DNA of 63,770 nt, the filler included, from an uncultured bacterium (GTDB lineage: Bacteria > CAZDME01 > JAYEMH01): assembly GCA_964506785.1 (NCBI GenBank). It is 4 parts of 4 records of this genome, joined end to end, with 100 filler letters (N's around TTAATTAATTAA, not from the genome) between each part and the next. Parts side by side here need not be neighbours in the genome. Positions count along the whole stretch, not along the records: positions 1 to 18,719 come from CAZDME010000026.1; 3 more parts are not named here. One strand, given 5' to 3'. Below the pieces are notes generated by a model that saw only the letters and a list, made by a program, of their open reading frames with translations, had not been told where the DNA came from and searched no databases. Made by a program: the position numbers and the translations under genes. How positions within the stretch are numbered: the stretch's first letter is position 1; each line of letters starts with the position of its first letter. Shown here piece after piece: positions 1 to 9,841 of this stretch.

Positions 1-397
1 CTCCCGCCGATTCTTTGCTTTATGTCTAATACTTTTAGACACATCCCTAAGTTTACGGGTATAACATAACTGCCACCTGGCATAGGGATAAACCATGTTT
101 ATCCCGGCTCTTATCCCCCCTAGCTCCATAACTGGCTATCACCTTTAAATTCTTTCCTTCTAAACCCCGCCGGTATAGATCGTTTAAAAGACCAGTTATC
201 TCTTCCTCAGTTCTCTCTGCGTCTATCTGCATACGGAAATCTAAGTATACACTCTCTTGAATTACCCTCTGGACGGCTCTATGTGCTTAAACCTCAAAAT
301 CATCCAACTGCCCTAATATCCCCGGCTCTTTTAAATTCCTCTTTAAATATTGCCGCTGAAATGCTATACTTTCCTTTGAGAAGTTTACGCTTCTCAT
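1..397 (-). pseudogene. Degenerate IS256-family transposase (internal stop, internal deletion, runs off the window edge)
   Basis: Manual translation from ATG 397: MRSVNF...DDFEV*AHRAVQRVIQESVYLDFRMQIDAER-TEEEITGLLNDLYRRGLEGKNLKVIASYG...VYPYARWQLCYTRKLRDV. LxDLYRRGL and YP...Q.C..(H)K are IS256 motifs; catalytic DG reads YG and CxxH reads CYTR. Confidence 0.8.
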
Positions 398-464
398 GGC
401 ATACTTCCTCTGGGGCTTTGCCGCGGTTAATGGTCATTGGTTTATGCAACAACAACCATATTAA

Positions 465-533
465 GGTATGCCATTTTTATTTGCTTTTCAAAGAACTTTT
501 ATTCTTAAAGTGCCCAGAATATTTTACACTATC
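465..533 (-). mobile_element. Left end of the IS256-like element
   Basis: Minus strand reads GATAGTGTAAAATATTCTGGGCAC... upstream of the transposase relic; near-identical copy at 29445-29516. Confidence 0.6.
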
Positions 534-638
534 GCCTATTAATGCCACCCGTTTATCACTGCCAAAAACCTCACTTAATACCCCCTTATTTTTGTTCTAA
601 AAGGCCATCCGGAACCGTTTAGAAAGGCCGAGATAGAC

Positions 639-672
639 AAAAAAAACAGCCCAGGCGAATTCACCTGGGCTG
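639..672 (-). terminator. Intrinsic terminator of groESL
   Basis: CAGCCCAGG-N8-CCTGGGCTG hairpin (647-672) followed by a U tract on the minus strand. Confidence 0.85.
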
Positions 673-693
673 AAATTTTAGCCTTTGATTTTT

Positions 694-2340
694 TTAGTAC
701 ATTCCTCCACCCATTCCTCCACCCATTCCCGGGGCACCTGGAGGCATCATCGGTGAAGCCTTCTCCTTTTCTGGAATATCAGTAATTGCCGTCTCGGTAG
801 TAATCAGCAAGGAAGAAACACTGGAGGCATTCTCCAAAGCAGAACGGGTCACCTTAGTCGGGTCAATTACCCCGGCAGCCACCATATCTTCAAATTTATC
901 AATCTCGGCATTATAACCAACATTTCCCTTTTCCTGTTTAATCCGCTGTACCACTACCGAGCCTTCCATTCCGGCGTTAGCGGCAATTAAACGGGATGGT
1001 TCTTCTAAAACCCGCCGAATAATATCCGCGCCTACCTTCTCTTCTCCGGATAAATCTAATTTATTTAAGCCGGGAATAGCCCTGATTAAAGCTACTCCGC
1101 CGCCGGGAACAATCCCTTCTTCTACGGCCGCCCGCGTCGCATGAAGGGCATCTTCTACCCGGGCCTTTTTCTCTTTCATCTCCGTTTCGGTAGAAGCTCC
1201 CACATTGATAACCGCCACTCCGCCGGCTAATTTAGCTAACCTCTCCTGCAATTTCTCTTTGTCATAATCAGAAGTGCTTTCATCAATCTGGCGTTTAATC
1301 TGGCCGATGCGGCCGCTAATATCCGCCCGTTTCCCGGAGCCTTCAACTATAGTTGTATTTTCTTTATCGATAGTTACCCGTTTCGCCCGGCCGAGATAAT
1401 CCAGGGAAACATTCTCTAATTTCACTCCTAAATCTTCATGAATCGCCTTTCCGGCGGTAAGAATGGCAATATCTTCCAACATCGCCTTTCTGCGGTCTCC
1501 ATAGCCAGGTGCTTTAACCGCGGCACAGGTAAATGTCCCTCTCAATTTATTAACCACCAAGGTAGCCAAAGCCTCCCCTTCTACATCCTCGGCAATGATT
1601 AACAGAGGTTTACCCATCTTGGCTATTTTTTCTAAAAGAGGCAGGAGATCTTTAAGGGCAGAAATCTTTTTTTCATGAATGAGGATATACGGGTCTTCAA
1701 GAACTGTTTCCATTCTCTCGGCATCAGTGACAAAATAAGGAGAAAGGTAGCCGTTATCAAATTGCATCCCTTCAACTACAGCTAAATTTGTCTCCGTGGT
1801 TTTAGCTTCCTCTACGGTAATAACGCCGTCTTTTCCTACCTTTTCCATCGCTTCGGCAATAAGACTGCCGATAGTCTCATCGCCGTTGGCAGCAATAGTC
1901 GCTACCTGAGAGATTTCCTTTTTATCCTTGACGCTTTTACTTAATTTCTTCAATTCGCTAATCACCGCTTTTACTGCCTTTTCGATTCCCCTCTTTAAAG
2001 CCATAGGATTGGCTCCGGCGGTAACATTCTTTATCCCTTCCCGGAAGATAGCCTGAGCCAGTACTGTCGCCGTAGTCGTCCCGTCGCCGGCTACGTCGCT
2101 GGTTTTAGAGGCAACCTCTTTAATCATCTGAGCCCCCATGTTTTCATAAGGCTCTTCCAATTCAATTTCTTTAGCTACCGTTACCCCGTCTTTGGTAATC
2201 GTCGGGGAACCAAATTTCTTATCTAAAGCCACATTGCGCCCTTTAGGGCCCAAGGTAACTTTTACCGCGTTAGAGAGAGTATCAATCCCCCTTTGTAAAG
2301 CCCTCCGGGCTTCTTCGCTATATAACAGTTGTTTTGCCAT
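694..2340 (-). CDS. groL: Chaperonin GroEL
   Basis: [24 protein letters not shown]-rich tail; start set at MAKQ with GGAGG upstream. Confidence 0.99.
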   Translation of the reverse strand: MAKQLLYSEEARRALQRGIDTLSNAVKVTLGPKGRNVALDKKFGSPTITKDGVTVAKEIELEEPYENMGAQMIKEVASKTSDVAGDGTTTATVLAQAIFREGIKNVTAGANPMALKRGIEKAVKAVISELKKLSKSVKDKKEISQVATIAANGDETIGSLIAEAMEKVGKDGVITVEEAKTTETNLAVVEGMQFDNGYLSPYFVTDAERMETVLEDPYILIHEKKISALKDLLPLLEKIAKMGKPLLIIAEDVEGEALATLVVNKLRGTFTCAAVKAPGYGDRRKAMLEDIAILTAGKAIHEDLGVKLENVSLDYLGRAKRVTIDKENTTIVEGSGKRADISGRIGQIKRQIDESTSDYDKEKLQERLAKLAGGVAVINVGASTETEMKEKKARVEDALHATRAAVEEGIVPGGGVALIRAIPGLNKLDLSGEEKVGADIIRRVLEEPSRLIAANAGMEGSVVVQRIKQEKGNVGYNAEIDKFEDMVAAGVIDPTKVTRSALENASSVSSLLITTETAITDIPEKEKASPMMPPGAPGMGGGMGGGMY

Positions 2341-2373
2341 CTTAAACAAACCTCCTTTTTACTGTGTTATTTG

Positions 2374-2661
2374 TTATTTCTCGAAGATTGCTAAAACATC
2401 CTCTTCCTTGAGGATTAAATATTCCTCATCACCTACGGTTATTTCGTTTCCTGAGTATTTAGCAAATAAAATGGTATCGCCTTTCTTAACCTCTAAGGGG
2501 ACCTTTTTCTCCCCTTCTATTCTTCCGGAACCAACAGCCACAACCTTTCCCTTTTGAGGTTTCTCTTTGGCCGTATCAGGAATGATAATACCGCCTTTAT
2601 TTTGCTCCTCTGCTTCAGTTCTTTTAACCAGAATCCGGTCACCCAAAGGTCTAACTTGCAT
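2374..2661 (-). CDS. groS: Co-chaperonin GroES
   Basis: [24 protein letters not shown]; directly upstream of groL. Confidence 0.99.
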   Translation of the reverse strand: MQVRPLGDRILVKRTEAEEQNKGGIIIPDTAKEKPQKGKVVAVGSGRIEGEKKVPLEVKKGDTILFAKYSGNEITVGDEEYLILKEEDVLAIFEK

Positions 2662-2709
2662 CTTGAATCCTCCTTCCAAACATTCAACTCTCTTTTTAAA
2701 CGAAGTAGA

Positions 2710-2738
2710 AGTATAAAAGAAAATGGCCCTTCTGTCAA
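2710..2738 (-). promoter_or_regulatory. Sigma70-type promoter for groESL
   Basis: TTGACA-17 bp-TATACT on the minus strand, overlapping the stop of the upstream gene; no CIRCE seen. Confidence 0.75.
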
Positions 2739-3865
2739 GAAATTTTTTTAAATTTCTTAATTACCGCCTCCCCCATTTCTTTGGTGCCTACGGCGCTTGG
2801 GTCATCCCGGTTTGGCTTTAAATCATAGGTTACTTCTTTACCTTCGGCAATAACTGAAGCAACCGCTTTCTCAAGCCTTCGAGCCGCCTCTAACTCCCCC
2901 AGATGTTTAAGCATAAGCATCCCGGAAAGAATTATCGCCGTAGGATTTACCCTGTTTAAACCTTTATATTTTGGGGCGCTGCCATGGGTCGGCTCAAAAA
3001 TAGCCAATTCATCTCCTAAATTAGCTCCCGGAGCTACCCCTAAACCGCCCACCAAACCGGCACATAAATCAGAGATAATATCCCCGTAGAGATTAGGCAG
3101 TACCAGGACATCATAAAGTTCTGGTTTCTGGACCAACTGCATGCACATATTGTCCACTATCCTATCTTCGAACTCAATATCCGAATAATCCCGAGCTACA
3201 GTGCGGGCGGCTTCCAGAAACACCCCATCAGAAAATTTCATAATATTGGCCTTATGAACGGCAGTAACCTTGCGACGGTTATTCTTCCGGGCATAATCAA
3301 AAGCAAAGCGGACAATCCGCCGGCTGGCTGAATCAGAGATAGGTTTGATACTGACCCCGGTATCTGGCTTGAAATATCGGCCTCCTATGGAAGAAAGTTC
3401 ATCTTTGGATTCTGCGGGTAAAATATTCTTTAATAGCGCCTTCAAATCCTGGATACTTTTCTCCCCTTTTTCGATTTCAATCCCGGCATAAAGGTCCTCG
3501 GTATTTTCCCTGACCACCACCAAATCAACATTCTCATAACGGGATTTAACCCCTGGATACCATTTACAGGGACGGAGGCAGGCATAGAGGTTAAGTTTTT
3601 TGCGCATGGCCACATTAACACTGCGGAAGCCTTTTCCTACCGGAGTAGTAATCGGGCCCTTTAAGGCTACTTTGTTTTTCTTGATGGAATTAATTACTTC
3701 TTCAGGCAAGGGCGTCCCGGTTTTCTCCATCACCTCAGCCCCGGCCTCTTTAATCTCCCAATCAATTTTGACTCCGGTCGCCTCGATTACCTGCCGGGCT
3801 ACCTCGACCAGCTCCGGCCCGGTGCCATCTCCGGGAATTAAGGTACCTGCATATATTTTTGCCAT
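2735..3865 (-). CDS. icd: Isocitrate/isopropylmalate dehydrogenase family protein (probably isocitrate dehydrogenase)
   Basis: [50 protein letters not shown]. Confidence 0.85.
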   Translation of the reverse strand: MAKIYAGTLIPGDGTGPELVEVARQVIEATGVKIDWEIKEAGAEVMEKTGTPLPEEVINSIKKNKVALKGPITTPVGKGFRSVNVAMRKKLNLYACLRPCKWYPGVKSRYENVDLVVVRENTEDLYAGIEIEKGEKSIQDLKALLKNILPAESKDELSSIGGRYFKPDTGVSIKPISDSASRRIVRFAFDYARKNNRRKVTAVHKANIMKFSDGVFLEAARTVARDYSDIEFEDRIVDNMCMQLVQKPELYDVLVLPNLYGDIISDLCAGLVGGLGVAPGANLGDELAIFEPTHGSAPKYKGLNRVNPTAIILSGMLMLKHLGELEAARRLEKAVASVIAEGKEVTYDLKPNRDDPSAVGTKEMGEAVIKKFKKIS

Positions 3866-3866
3866 A

Positions 3867-4358
3867 TTAACTTCGCCCTTTCTTTTTCATATACTTAACC
3901 ATCCCTCCGGCTTTAAGAATCTTCTGCATCACTTCCGGTAAAGGGCTGAATTCAATCTTTTTATTTTTAGCCTGGTTAAAAACTTCGCCTTTATCCAAAT
4001 CGATGGCCAGCAAATCTTTAGATTTAATTTTATCGGTATCGCATTCGATTGCCGGAAGGCCTATGTTGATGCAATTGCGAAAAAATATCCGGGCAAAGGA
4101 TTTAGCCAGGACAGCACTGATATTCGCATGTTTAACGGCCAGCGGGGCCTGTTCCCGGGATGAACCGCAGCCAAAGTTTTTTCCCCCGACGATAAAATCT
4201 CCTTTTTTAATTTTCTTATAGAAATCCGGAGAGATATCTTCCATCAGATGTTTGGCTAATTCGTTCATATCCAGGGTTTTAAATTTATACCGGCCCGAAA
4301 TGATATAATCGGTATTTACATCGTCACCAAATTTATGAGCTTTACCTTTAAGTTTCAT
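3867..4358 (-). CDS. leuD: Aconitase-family small subunit (LeuD/HacB-like)
   Basis: [29 protein letters not shown]; substrate uncertain (see findings). Confidence 0.85.
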   Translation of the reverse strand: MKLKGKAHKFGDDVNTDYIISGRYKFKTLDMNELAKHLMEDISPDFYKKIKKGDFIVGGKNFGCGSSREQAPLAVKHANISAVLAKSFARIFFRNCINIGLPAIECDTDKIKSKDLLAIDLDKGEVFNQAKNKKIEFSPLPEVMQKILKAGGMVKYMKKKGRS

Positions 4359-4384
4359 CCTCTATTTACCTCAACTAAAGTTAT

Positions 4385-4440
4385 ACCTTTTCAACCTACC
4401 CCTACTACCTATAACCTACCACCTACGACCTATTACCTAT
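4385..4440. repeat. Degenerate heptamer tandem array (ACCTAYN)
   Basis: acctacc cctact acctata acctacc acctacg acctatt acctat; overlaps the last codons of the large-subunit gene. Confidence 0.7.
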
Positions 4441-5688
4441 GTAATGCCGCGGGTCAGTTATCTTTCCTTCAATAGCTGAAGCGGCAAGGGTTGCCGGAGA
4501 AGCTAAATAAATAAAGGCATCGGGGTTTCCCATCCGTCCTTTAAAATTACGGTTGGCCGTGGAGATAACCCGATAGCCCTTGGCCGGAATACCGGCATGT
4601 GTCCCCACACAGGGCCCGCAACCGGGATTAATCACCGCCGCTCCGGCTTTAATAAAATCGGCAATGATTCCTTTCTTGACTGCCTCTAAATAAATCCGGC
4701 TTGAAGCCGGAGCTACAATCATCTCCACGCTTTCGTGAATTTTCTTTCCTTCCAAAATTGCCCTGGCTGCCTCTAAATCTTCCATTCTTCCCCCGGTACA
4801 GGTGCCGAGAAAAGCCATATCAATTTTTGTCTTAGGCAGTTTTTCAATAGGAGAGACATTATCCACCCGATGCGGCTTAGCTATCTGGGGGGAAAGATTA
4901 CCTACTTCCTCCTCGAAAATTTTCTCATATTTTGCTTCTTTATCCGCTTTAACCGGATAAATCTTTTTCTTCGTCTGCTTTTTTATCCAGGAACGGGTTT
5001 TTTCATCCACCTCCATCAAACCGAATTTCGCCCCCATCTCAACAGCCATATTGGCCATAGCCATGCGGCCGTCCAGGCTAATGGCTTTAATTGCCTCTCC
5101 AGAAAATTCTACTGATTTATAAGTCGCCCCGTCCGCCGACACCTTGCCGATTAAATAAAGAATTAAATCCTTTCCCATTACTCCTGCCGGCAACTTGCCG
5201 TGGAGGATGAATTTTATCGTCTCAGGGACTTTAAACCAAAGCTTTCCGGAAATTAAACTTGAGGCTAAATCGGTCGAACCTACCCCGGTAGAAGCGACAT
5301 TAATTGCCCCGTAGGTGCAGGTATGCGAATCCGCCCCGATGACCAAATCCCCCGGTAGAACCAAACCGCTTTCTAAAATCAGCTGGTGGCAAACCCCTTG
5401 GCCGACATCATATAATTTTACATTCCTCCTCCTAGAGAAATCCCGCATCAACTGGTGTAACTCAGAAACACCAATATTAGGACTGGGGGCGCTGTGGTCT
5501 ATTATCAAAGCTGCCTTTTGAGAGTTAAAAACCCTCTTGCCTCCCATTTTTCTAAAAGCCTGAATGGCCAAGGGAGCGGTGCCATCCTGGGCAAAGGCAA
5601 AATCAATATCAGCAATAACAAAGTCCCCCGCTTTGACCGATTTACCAGTGTGTTTTGAGAAAATCTTTTCGATTATTGTCTGCGGCAT
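4423..5688 (-). CDS. leuC: Aconitase-family large subunit (LeuC/HacA-like)
   Basis: IDH, GVCHQ, GADSHTCTYGA, GTCTGGR, CGPCVG Fe-S ligands, STANRNFKGRMG. Confidence 0.9.
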   Translation of the reverse strand: MPQTIIEKIFSKHTGKSVKAGDFVIADIDFAFAQDGTAPLAIQAFRKMGGKRVFNSQKAALIIDHSAPSPNIGVSELHQLMRDFSRRRNVKLYDVGQGVCHQLILESGLVLPGDLVIGADSHTCTYGAINVASTGVGSTDLASSLISGKLWFKVPETIKFILHGKLPAGVMGKDLILYLIGKVSADGATYKSVEFSGEAIKAISLDGRMAMANMAVEMGAKFGLMEVDEKTRSWIKKQTKKKIYPVKADKEAKYEKIFEEEVGNLSPQIAKPHRVDNVSPIEKLPKTKIDMAFLGTCTGGRMEDLEAARAILEGKKIHESVEMIVAPASSRIYLEAVKKGIIADFIKAGAAVINPGCGPCVGTHAGIPAKGYRVISTANRNFKGRMGNPDAFIYLASPATLAASAIEGKITDPRHYIGNRS

Positions 5689-5714
5689 AACCCTCTAAAA
5701 ATCCCTTTCTGCTT

Positions 5715-6947
5715 TTAAGGCGTAACGCTCATAATTTTTCTGGCAATTTCCGGATATTTAGCAATAAACATTAATTCGCTCTCAGTCAGAGACTTTTGAT
5801 TATGCACATTGCCATAGCGCACCAATTCCAAAATTTTAGCTGCTTCTTTATCGTCATGAAATTTAATTTCCAGTTTTTCGTAGACATTTCTAAATCCCTT
5901 GATTCCGCTATACTCCCCGGTGGTAATCTTCCTTCCCGTATCAACAGTCTCCGGCTCCCCCCGGCCTAAATCTTCAAAGTCATAAAGCTCATAATTACGC
6001 CGGTCCTTAAGAGCACCGTCTGCGTGAATGCCCGATTCGTGGGCAAAAGCATTTGTTCCTACACCCGGCTGATTAATTGGGATAGGAATACCGAAGGCAT
6101 AAGAAGCATATTTGCAAATTTTCCAGGCTAATTTCAAATTTACCTTTTTATCTAAAACATATTTGTCGCGGGTGCCGCTGCTAAATTTTATCGCTAGAAT
6201 CACCGCCACTAAATCCGCATTCCCGGCCCTTTCCCCCATACCGTTGATACAGGTGTTGATATAAGCATCCTCTCCAGCGTCATTAGCCGCCACCGCCCCA
6301 CAGACAGAATTTGCCACCACCATACCCAGGTCATTATGGCAGTGAATTTCGATAGGGAGATGGATAGCCTCGGCCAGTTTTTTTACCCGCTCATAAATAG
6401 TTATAGGGCTGTCAAACCCTAAGGTGTCGCAATAACGCAGCCTATCGGCGCCGGCCTCTTTTGCCGCTTGCGAAAAAGAAATAAGATAATCTATATCTGT
6501 TCTTGAAGCATCCTCGGCGTTAACGCCAATTGATTTCGCCCCCATCTTTTTCGCCAGCTTGACTGCCGAAGCCATTTCTTCTATGACTGAAGCATGGTCT
6601 AATTTGCCTCTGAATTTGTGCTTAATCATTTGGTCGGAGGTAGAGATAGAAAGATTGAAATGTTTAATGAGAGGCACTAATTTGAAAGCGAGTTTCACAT
6701 CACTGGGAATTGCCCGGAGCCAACCGCTGAGGCGCATCGAACCGAAAGCACCCTTTTTAGCCAGGGCTAAATTAGCATTGAGATAATTTGTCTCATGATG
6801 AGTCACCGGAAAGCCAAATTCAGACTGAAAAACACCCATCTGGGAAAGATATAGATTAACCATGGTTTTTTGTAATTTAGATAAGCATATTCTTGAAGTC
6901 TGCACCCCATCTCGATTGGTAACATCAAGCAAATAAATTTTAGCCAT
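5715..6947 (-). CDS. Homocitrate-synthase-family (DRE-TIM) enzyme, probable Re-citrate synthase
   Basis: DVTNRDGVQT, HCHNDLGM, GMGERAGNA, HESGIH; no LeuA regulatory domain; recalled resemblance to Dehalococcoides Re-citrate synthase. Confidence 0.8.
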   Translation of the reverse strand: MAKIYLLDVTNRDGVQTSRICLSKLQKTMVNLYLSQMGVFQSEFGFPVTHHETNYLNANLALAKKGAFGSMRLSGWLRAIPSDVKLAFKLVPLIKHFNLSISTSDQMIKHKFRGKLDHASVIEEMASAVKLAKKMGAKSIGVNAEDASRTDIDYLISFSQAAKEAGADRLRYCDTLGFDSPITIYERVKKLAEAIHLPIEIHCHNDLGMVVANSVCGAVAANDAGEDAYINTCINGMGERAGNADLVAVILAIKFSSGTRDKYVLDKKVNLKLAWKICKYASYAFGIPIPINQPGVGTNAFAHESGIHADGALKDRRNYELYDFEDLGRGEPETVDTGRKITTGEYSGIKGFRNVYEKLEIKFHDDKEAAKILELVRYGNVHNQKSLTESELMFIAKYPEIARKIMSVTP

Positions 6948-7073
6948 TTTTCTTAACCTCCTTTTAAAAAGACGGCTCATCCCGGATAGTCTGCATAAAT
7001 TCCCACGGATTTATCCCTGCCTGAGGCAAGCCCTCCCACCGGGCAAGCAGACCTACCCCATTCCGTATATTTT

Positions 7074-8651
7074 TCAAAGTTTTACTGATTTTATCTCCCG
7101 TATATAACGAGTTTTTTTTATCTCCTTTAATACCTCTTTGGAGACTGAACTATCTATATTTAAAACAGTAACCGCTTCCTCGCCTATTTTCCTTCTGCCC
7201 AGGGTCATATTGGCAATATTAATCTTGTTTTTACCGAGGAGAACCCCAATCTGTCCAATAATCCCCGGATGGTCGGTGTGAAAACATAAAAGCATATATC
7301 CCGAAGGGACGGCATCAACATGATAATCATTAATTCTTACTACCCGGGGGTCGTTTTTCCCAAAAATAGTCCCGGAAACAACACTCTTGCCCTTGCTTGT
7401 CTCTACCTCTACCAGGATAAGATTGGTAAAATCTTCGGTAATGCTCGATTTACTTTCAATGACCTTCATTCCTCTTTCTTGAGCAATAACGGGTGCGTTG
7501 ACAAAATTGACTGATTCTTGAAATAGCGGTGTAAGCAGTCCTTTTACTAAAGCTACCGTCAGCGGAGTGACATCATATTCCAAAACCTCTCCGCTGTAAC
7601 GAACCTTTACGTCGGTAATTCTTCCTTCTGTTAATTGGGCTTGAAGTAATCCTAATTTTTCAGCCAGAACAAGATATGGCTTAATTCCTTTTAAAACTTC
7701 CGGTTCTAAAGACGGTAAATTGGCGGCATTGCGGACATTGCCTTTAAAGGCATCAACTATTTGCTGGGCAATTTCCACGGCTACACCCACCTGGGCCTCT
7801 TCGGTAGAAGCTCCCAGATGAGGAGAAACAACCACTTGCGGCAGATTAAGAAGGGGGTTATCCGTCGGAGGCTCTTTTTCATAAACATCCAGAGCCGCCC
7901 CGGCTACCTTCCCTTTCTTTATTGCCTCTAACAAGGCCGCTTCATCGATAATCCCTCCCCGGGCACAATTAATAATTCTCACTTCCTTCTTCATCAGGGA
8001 AAAGGCTTCTTTACCAATAAGATGTTTGGTGCCTTCCGTTAAAGGCACATGAACAGTGATAAAATCCGCTTTCTTAAATAAATCCTTCGATTCCACTAAG
8101 TGAACGCCTAATTTTTCCGCTTTTTCCAAACTAATAAATGGGTCGGAGACAATGACCGCCATCCCAAAGGAAAGCATACGCTTGGCTACCTCAGTGCCGA
8201 TTCTTCCCATGCCGACAATACCTAAGGTTTTGCCATAAAGTTGAACACCGGTATATTTTTTCCGGTCCCATTTTTTCTCCTGCAGAGAAAGGTAAGCCTG
8301 AGGAATATTCCTAGCCAGGGCTAAAATTAAACTTATGGTGTGTTCAGCGGTAGAGATGGTATTTCCTCCGGGCGTATTCATAACAATGATACCTTTTTTT
8401 GTGGCTGCTTCTAAATCGACATTATCTAAGCCGACTCCGGCCCGGCCGATAACCTTTAAATTCTCGGCCGCTTCAATAATTTCTTTAGTTACTTTAGTAC
8501 CGCTTCGAATAATTAATCCGTCATAATCCTTGATAATCCTTTTTAAATCTTCCGGAGGAAGCTTTGGCTTAAGGTCAAGCTGGCAGTTTTTCTCCCGGCG
8601 GAGAATTTCTAAGCCTTTCTCGGCTAAAGGGTCACTCACTAAAATTTTCAT
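7074..8651 (-). CDS. serA: D-3-phosphoglycerate dehydrogenase (long form, ASB plus ACT)
   Basis: [34 protein letters not shown]-terminal ACT. Confidence 0.97.
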   Translation of the reverse strand: MKILVSDPLAEKGLEILRREKNCQLDLKPKLPPEDLKRIIKDYDGLIIRSGTKVTKEIIEAAENLKVIGRAGVGLDNVDLEAATKKGIIVMNTPGGNTISTAEHTISLILALARNIPQAYLSLQEKKWDRKKYTGVQLYGKTLGIVGMGRIGTEVAKRMLSFGMAVIVSDPFISLEKAEKLGVHLVESKDLFKKADFITVHVPLTEGTKHLIGKEAFSLMKKEVRIINCARGGIIDEAALLEAIKKGKVAGAALDVYEKEPPTDNPLLNLPQVVVSPHLGASTEEAQVGVAVEIAQQIVDAFKGNVRNAANLPSLEPEVLKGIKPYLVLAEKLGLLQAQLTEGRITDVKVRYSGEVLEYDVTPLTVALVKGLLTPLFQESVNFVNAPVIAQERGMKVIESKSSITEDFTNLILVEVETSKGKSVVSGTIFGKNDPRVVRINDYHVDAVPSGYMLLCFHTDHPGIIGQIGVLLGKNKINIANMTLGRRKIGEEAVTVLNIDSSVSKEVLKEIKKTRYIREIKSVKL

Positions 8652-9799
8652 CTTTTCCCTCCATTCGATAGCAAAGCTTCTTCGGCGGCTTTCCGGCCAA
8701 CACCTGATTCTACTTTGTGCCCCAACTCAGCCAATTCCTTCTCTAGAGCGGAAATCGCCTCTAAAAGCTCGAATTGCTTTATGTAGCCCATATGGGCAAT
8801 TCTGATAATTTTACCCTTTAGCTGGGCTTGCCCTCCGGCAATAGAAATCCCATGCCGCCGCTTCAAATTCTTGACTAAGACGTTACCGTCTATACCCTCG
8901 GGAAGTTTTATCGCCGTGACACTAATGGCCGCCGCTTTGGGAGCGAGTAACTTAAGACCCAGCGCTTTGGCTGCCATCCGGGTGGCTTCAGACAGGCGCC
9001 TCTGCCTTAAAAAAACCTTTTCTAACCCTTCATCCTTAATCATCTGTAAACTTTCTTTAAGAGCCAAAACCAAAGTTACTGCCGGCGTCCAGGGAGTGCT
9101 GTCTTTTCCCTGAGCTTTCCGGGCCTCTTTGAACGAAAAATAATACTTGGGAAGAGTTGATTTCTCAATCATTTCCCAGGCCTTAGGAGAAACACTGACA
9201 AAAGCCAGACCCGGGGGAGTCATCAGCCCTTTTTGAGACCCGGAGACAACTACATCTACCTGCCATTCATCGGCTCTCAAAGGAATAGAAGCCAGGCTGC
9301 TGATAGCGTCAACGACTAAAACGGCTTCAGTAGAATTAACCGCTTCAGCTATGGCCTTTACATCACTAACCACGCCGGTTGAGGTCTCACAATGGGTAAT
9401 GAAAACCGCCTTGATATCCGGATTGCTCTTTAAGCTTTCTGCAATCCGTCTGGGTTCAACTGCCTCTCCCCAGGTAACGTCAATAAAGATTGTCTCAATT
9501 CCATAAGCCTGGGTAATTTCCCCCCAGCGTTCGCCGAATTTTCCTCCGCGGATAACCAAGGCCTTATCTCCGGGTGATAGAAGATTGGCTACTGAGGCCT
9601 CCATTGCTCCCGTGCCTGAAGAAGCAAACAGCAAAATTTCATTCTTTGTCTGAAAAACATATTTAAGCCCTTCGATAACCTCTCTTAAAATATCCTGGAA
9701 TTCCCTGGTTCGATGATGGATTATCGGTTCAGCCATTATCTCTCTGGCCGCTTCAGGTATTGGCGTCGGACCCGGGGTTAAAAGATAGTACTTTTTCAT
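8648..9799 (-). CDS. Class V aminotransferase (alanine-glyoxylate/serine-pyruvate family; probable phosphoserine aminotransferase role)
   Basis: LLTPGPT, SSGTGAMEA, DAISS, SGSQKG (PLP lysine); overlaps the serA start. Confidence 0.9.
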   Translation of the reverse strand: MKKYYLLTPGPTPIPEAAREIMAEPIIHHRTREFQDILREVIEGLKYVFQTKNEILLFASSGTGAMEASVANLLSPGDKALVIRGGKFGERWGEITQAYGIETIFIDVTWGEAVEPRRIAESLKSNPDIKAVFITHCETSTGVVSDVKAIAEAVNSTEAVLVVDAISSLASIPLRADEWQVDVVVSGSQKGLMTPPGLAFVSVSPKAWEMIEKSTLPKYYFSFKEARKAQGKDSTPWTPAVTLVLALKESLQMIKDEGLEKVFLRQRRLSEATRMAAKALGLKLLAPKAAAISVTAIKLPEGIDGNVLVKNLKRRHGISIAGGQAQLKGKIIRIAHMGYIKQFELLEAISALEKELAELGHKVESGVGRKAAEEALLSNGGKR

Positions 9800-9841
9800 A
9801 AATTTTCTCCTCCTGCATTAAACCGTATACAGTTCCTTTTT

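Noticed and set aside
283..600. 105-aa plus-strand ORF
   Set aside because: Antisense to the IS256 relic and its end; no recognisable protein features.
2662..2740. CIRCE operator before groES
   Set aside because: No TTAGCACTC-N9-GAGTGCTAA present.
2735..6947. Alpha-aminoadipate lysine, nitrogenase homocitrate or coenzyme B pathway
   Set aside because: DAP pathway genes are present, and no lysW, nif or methanogen genes are in view; the Re-citrate reading fits better, though it is not proven.
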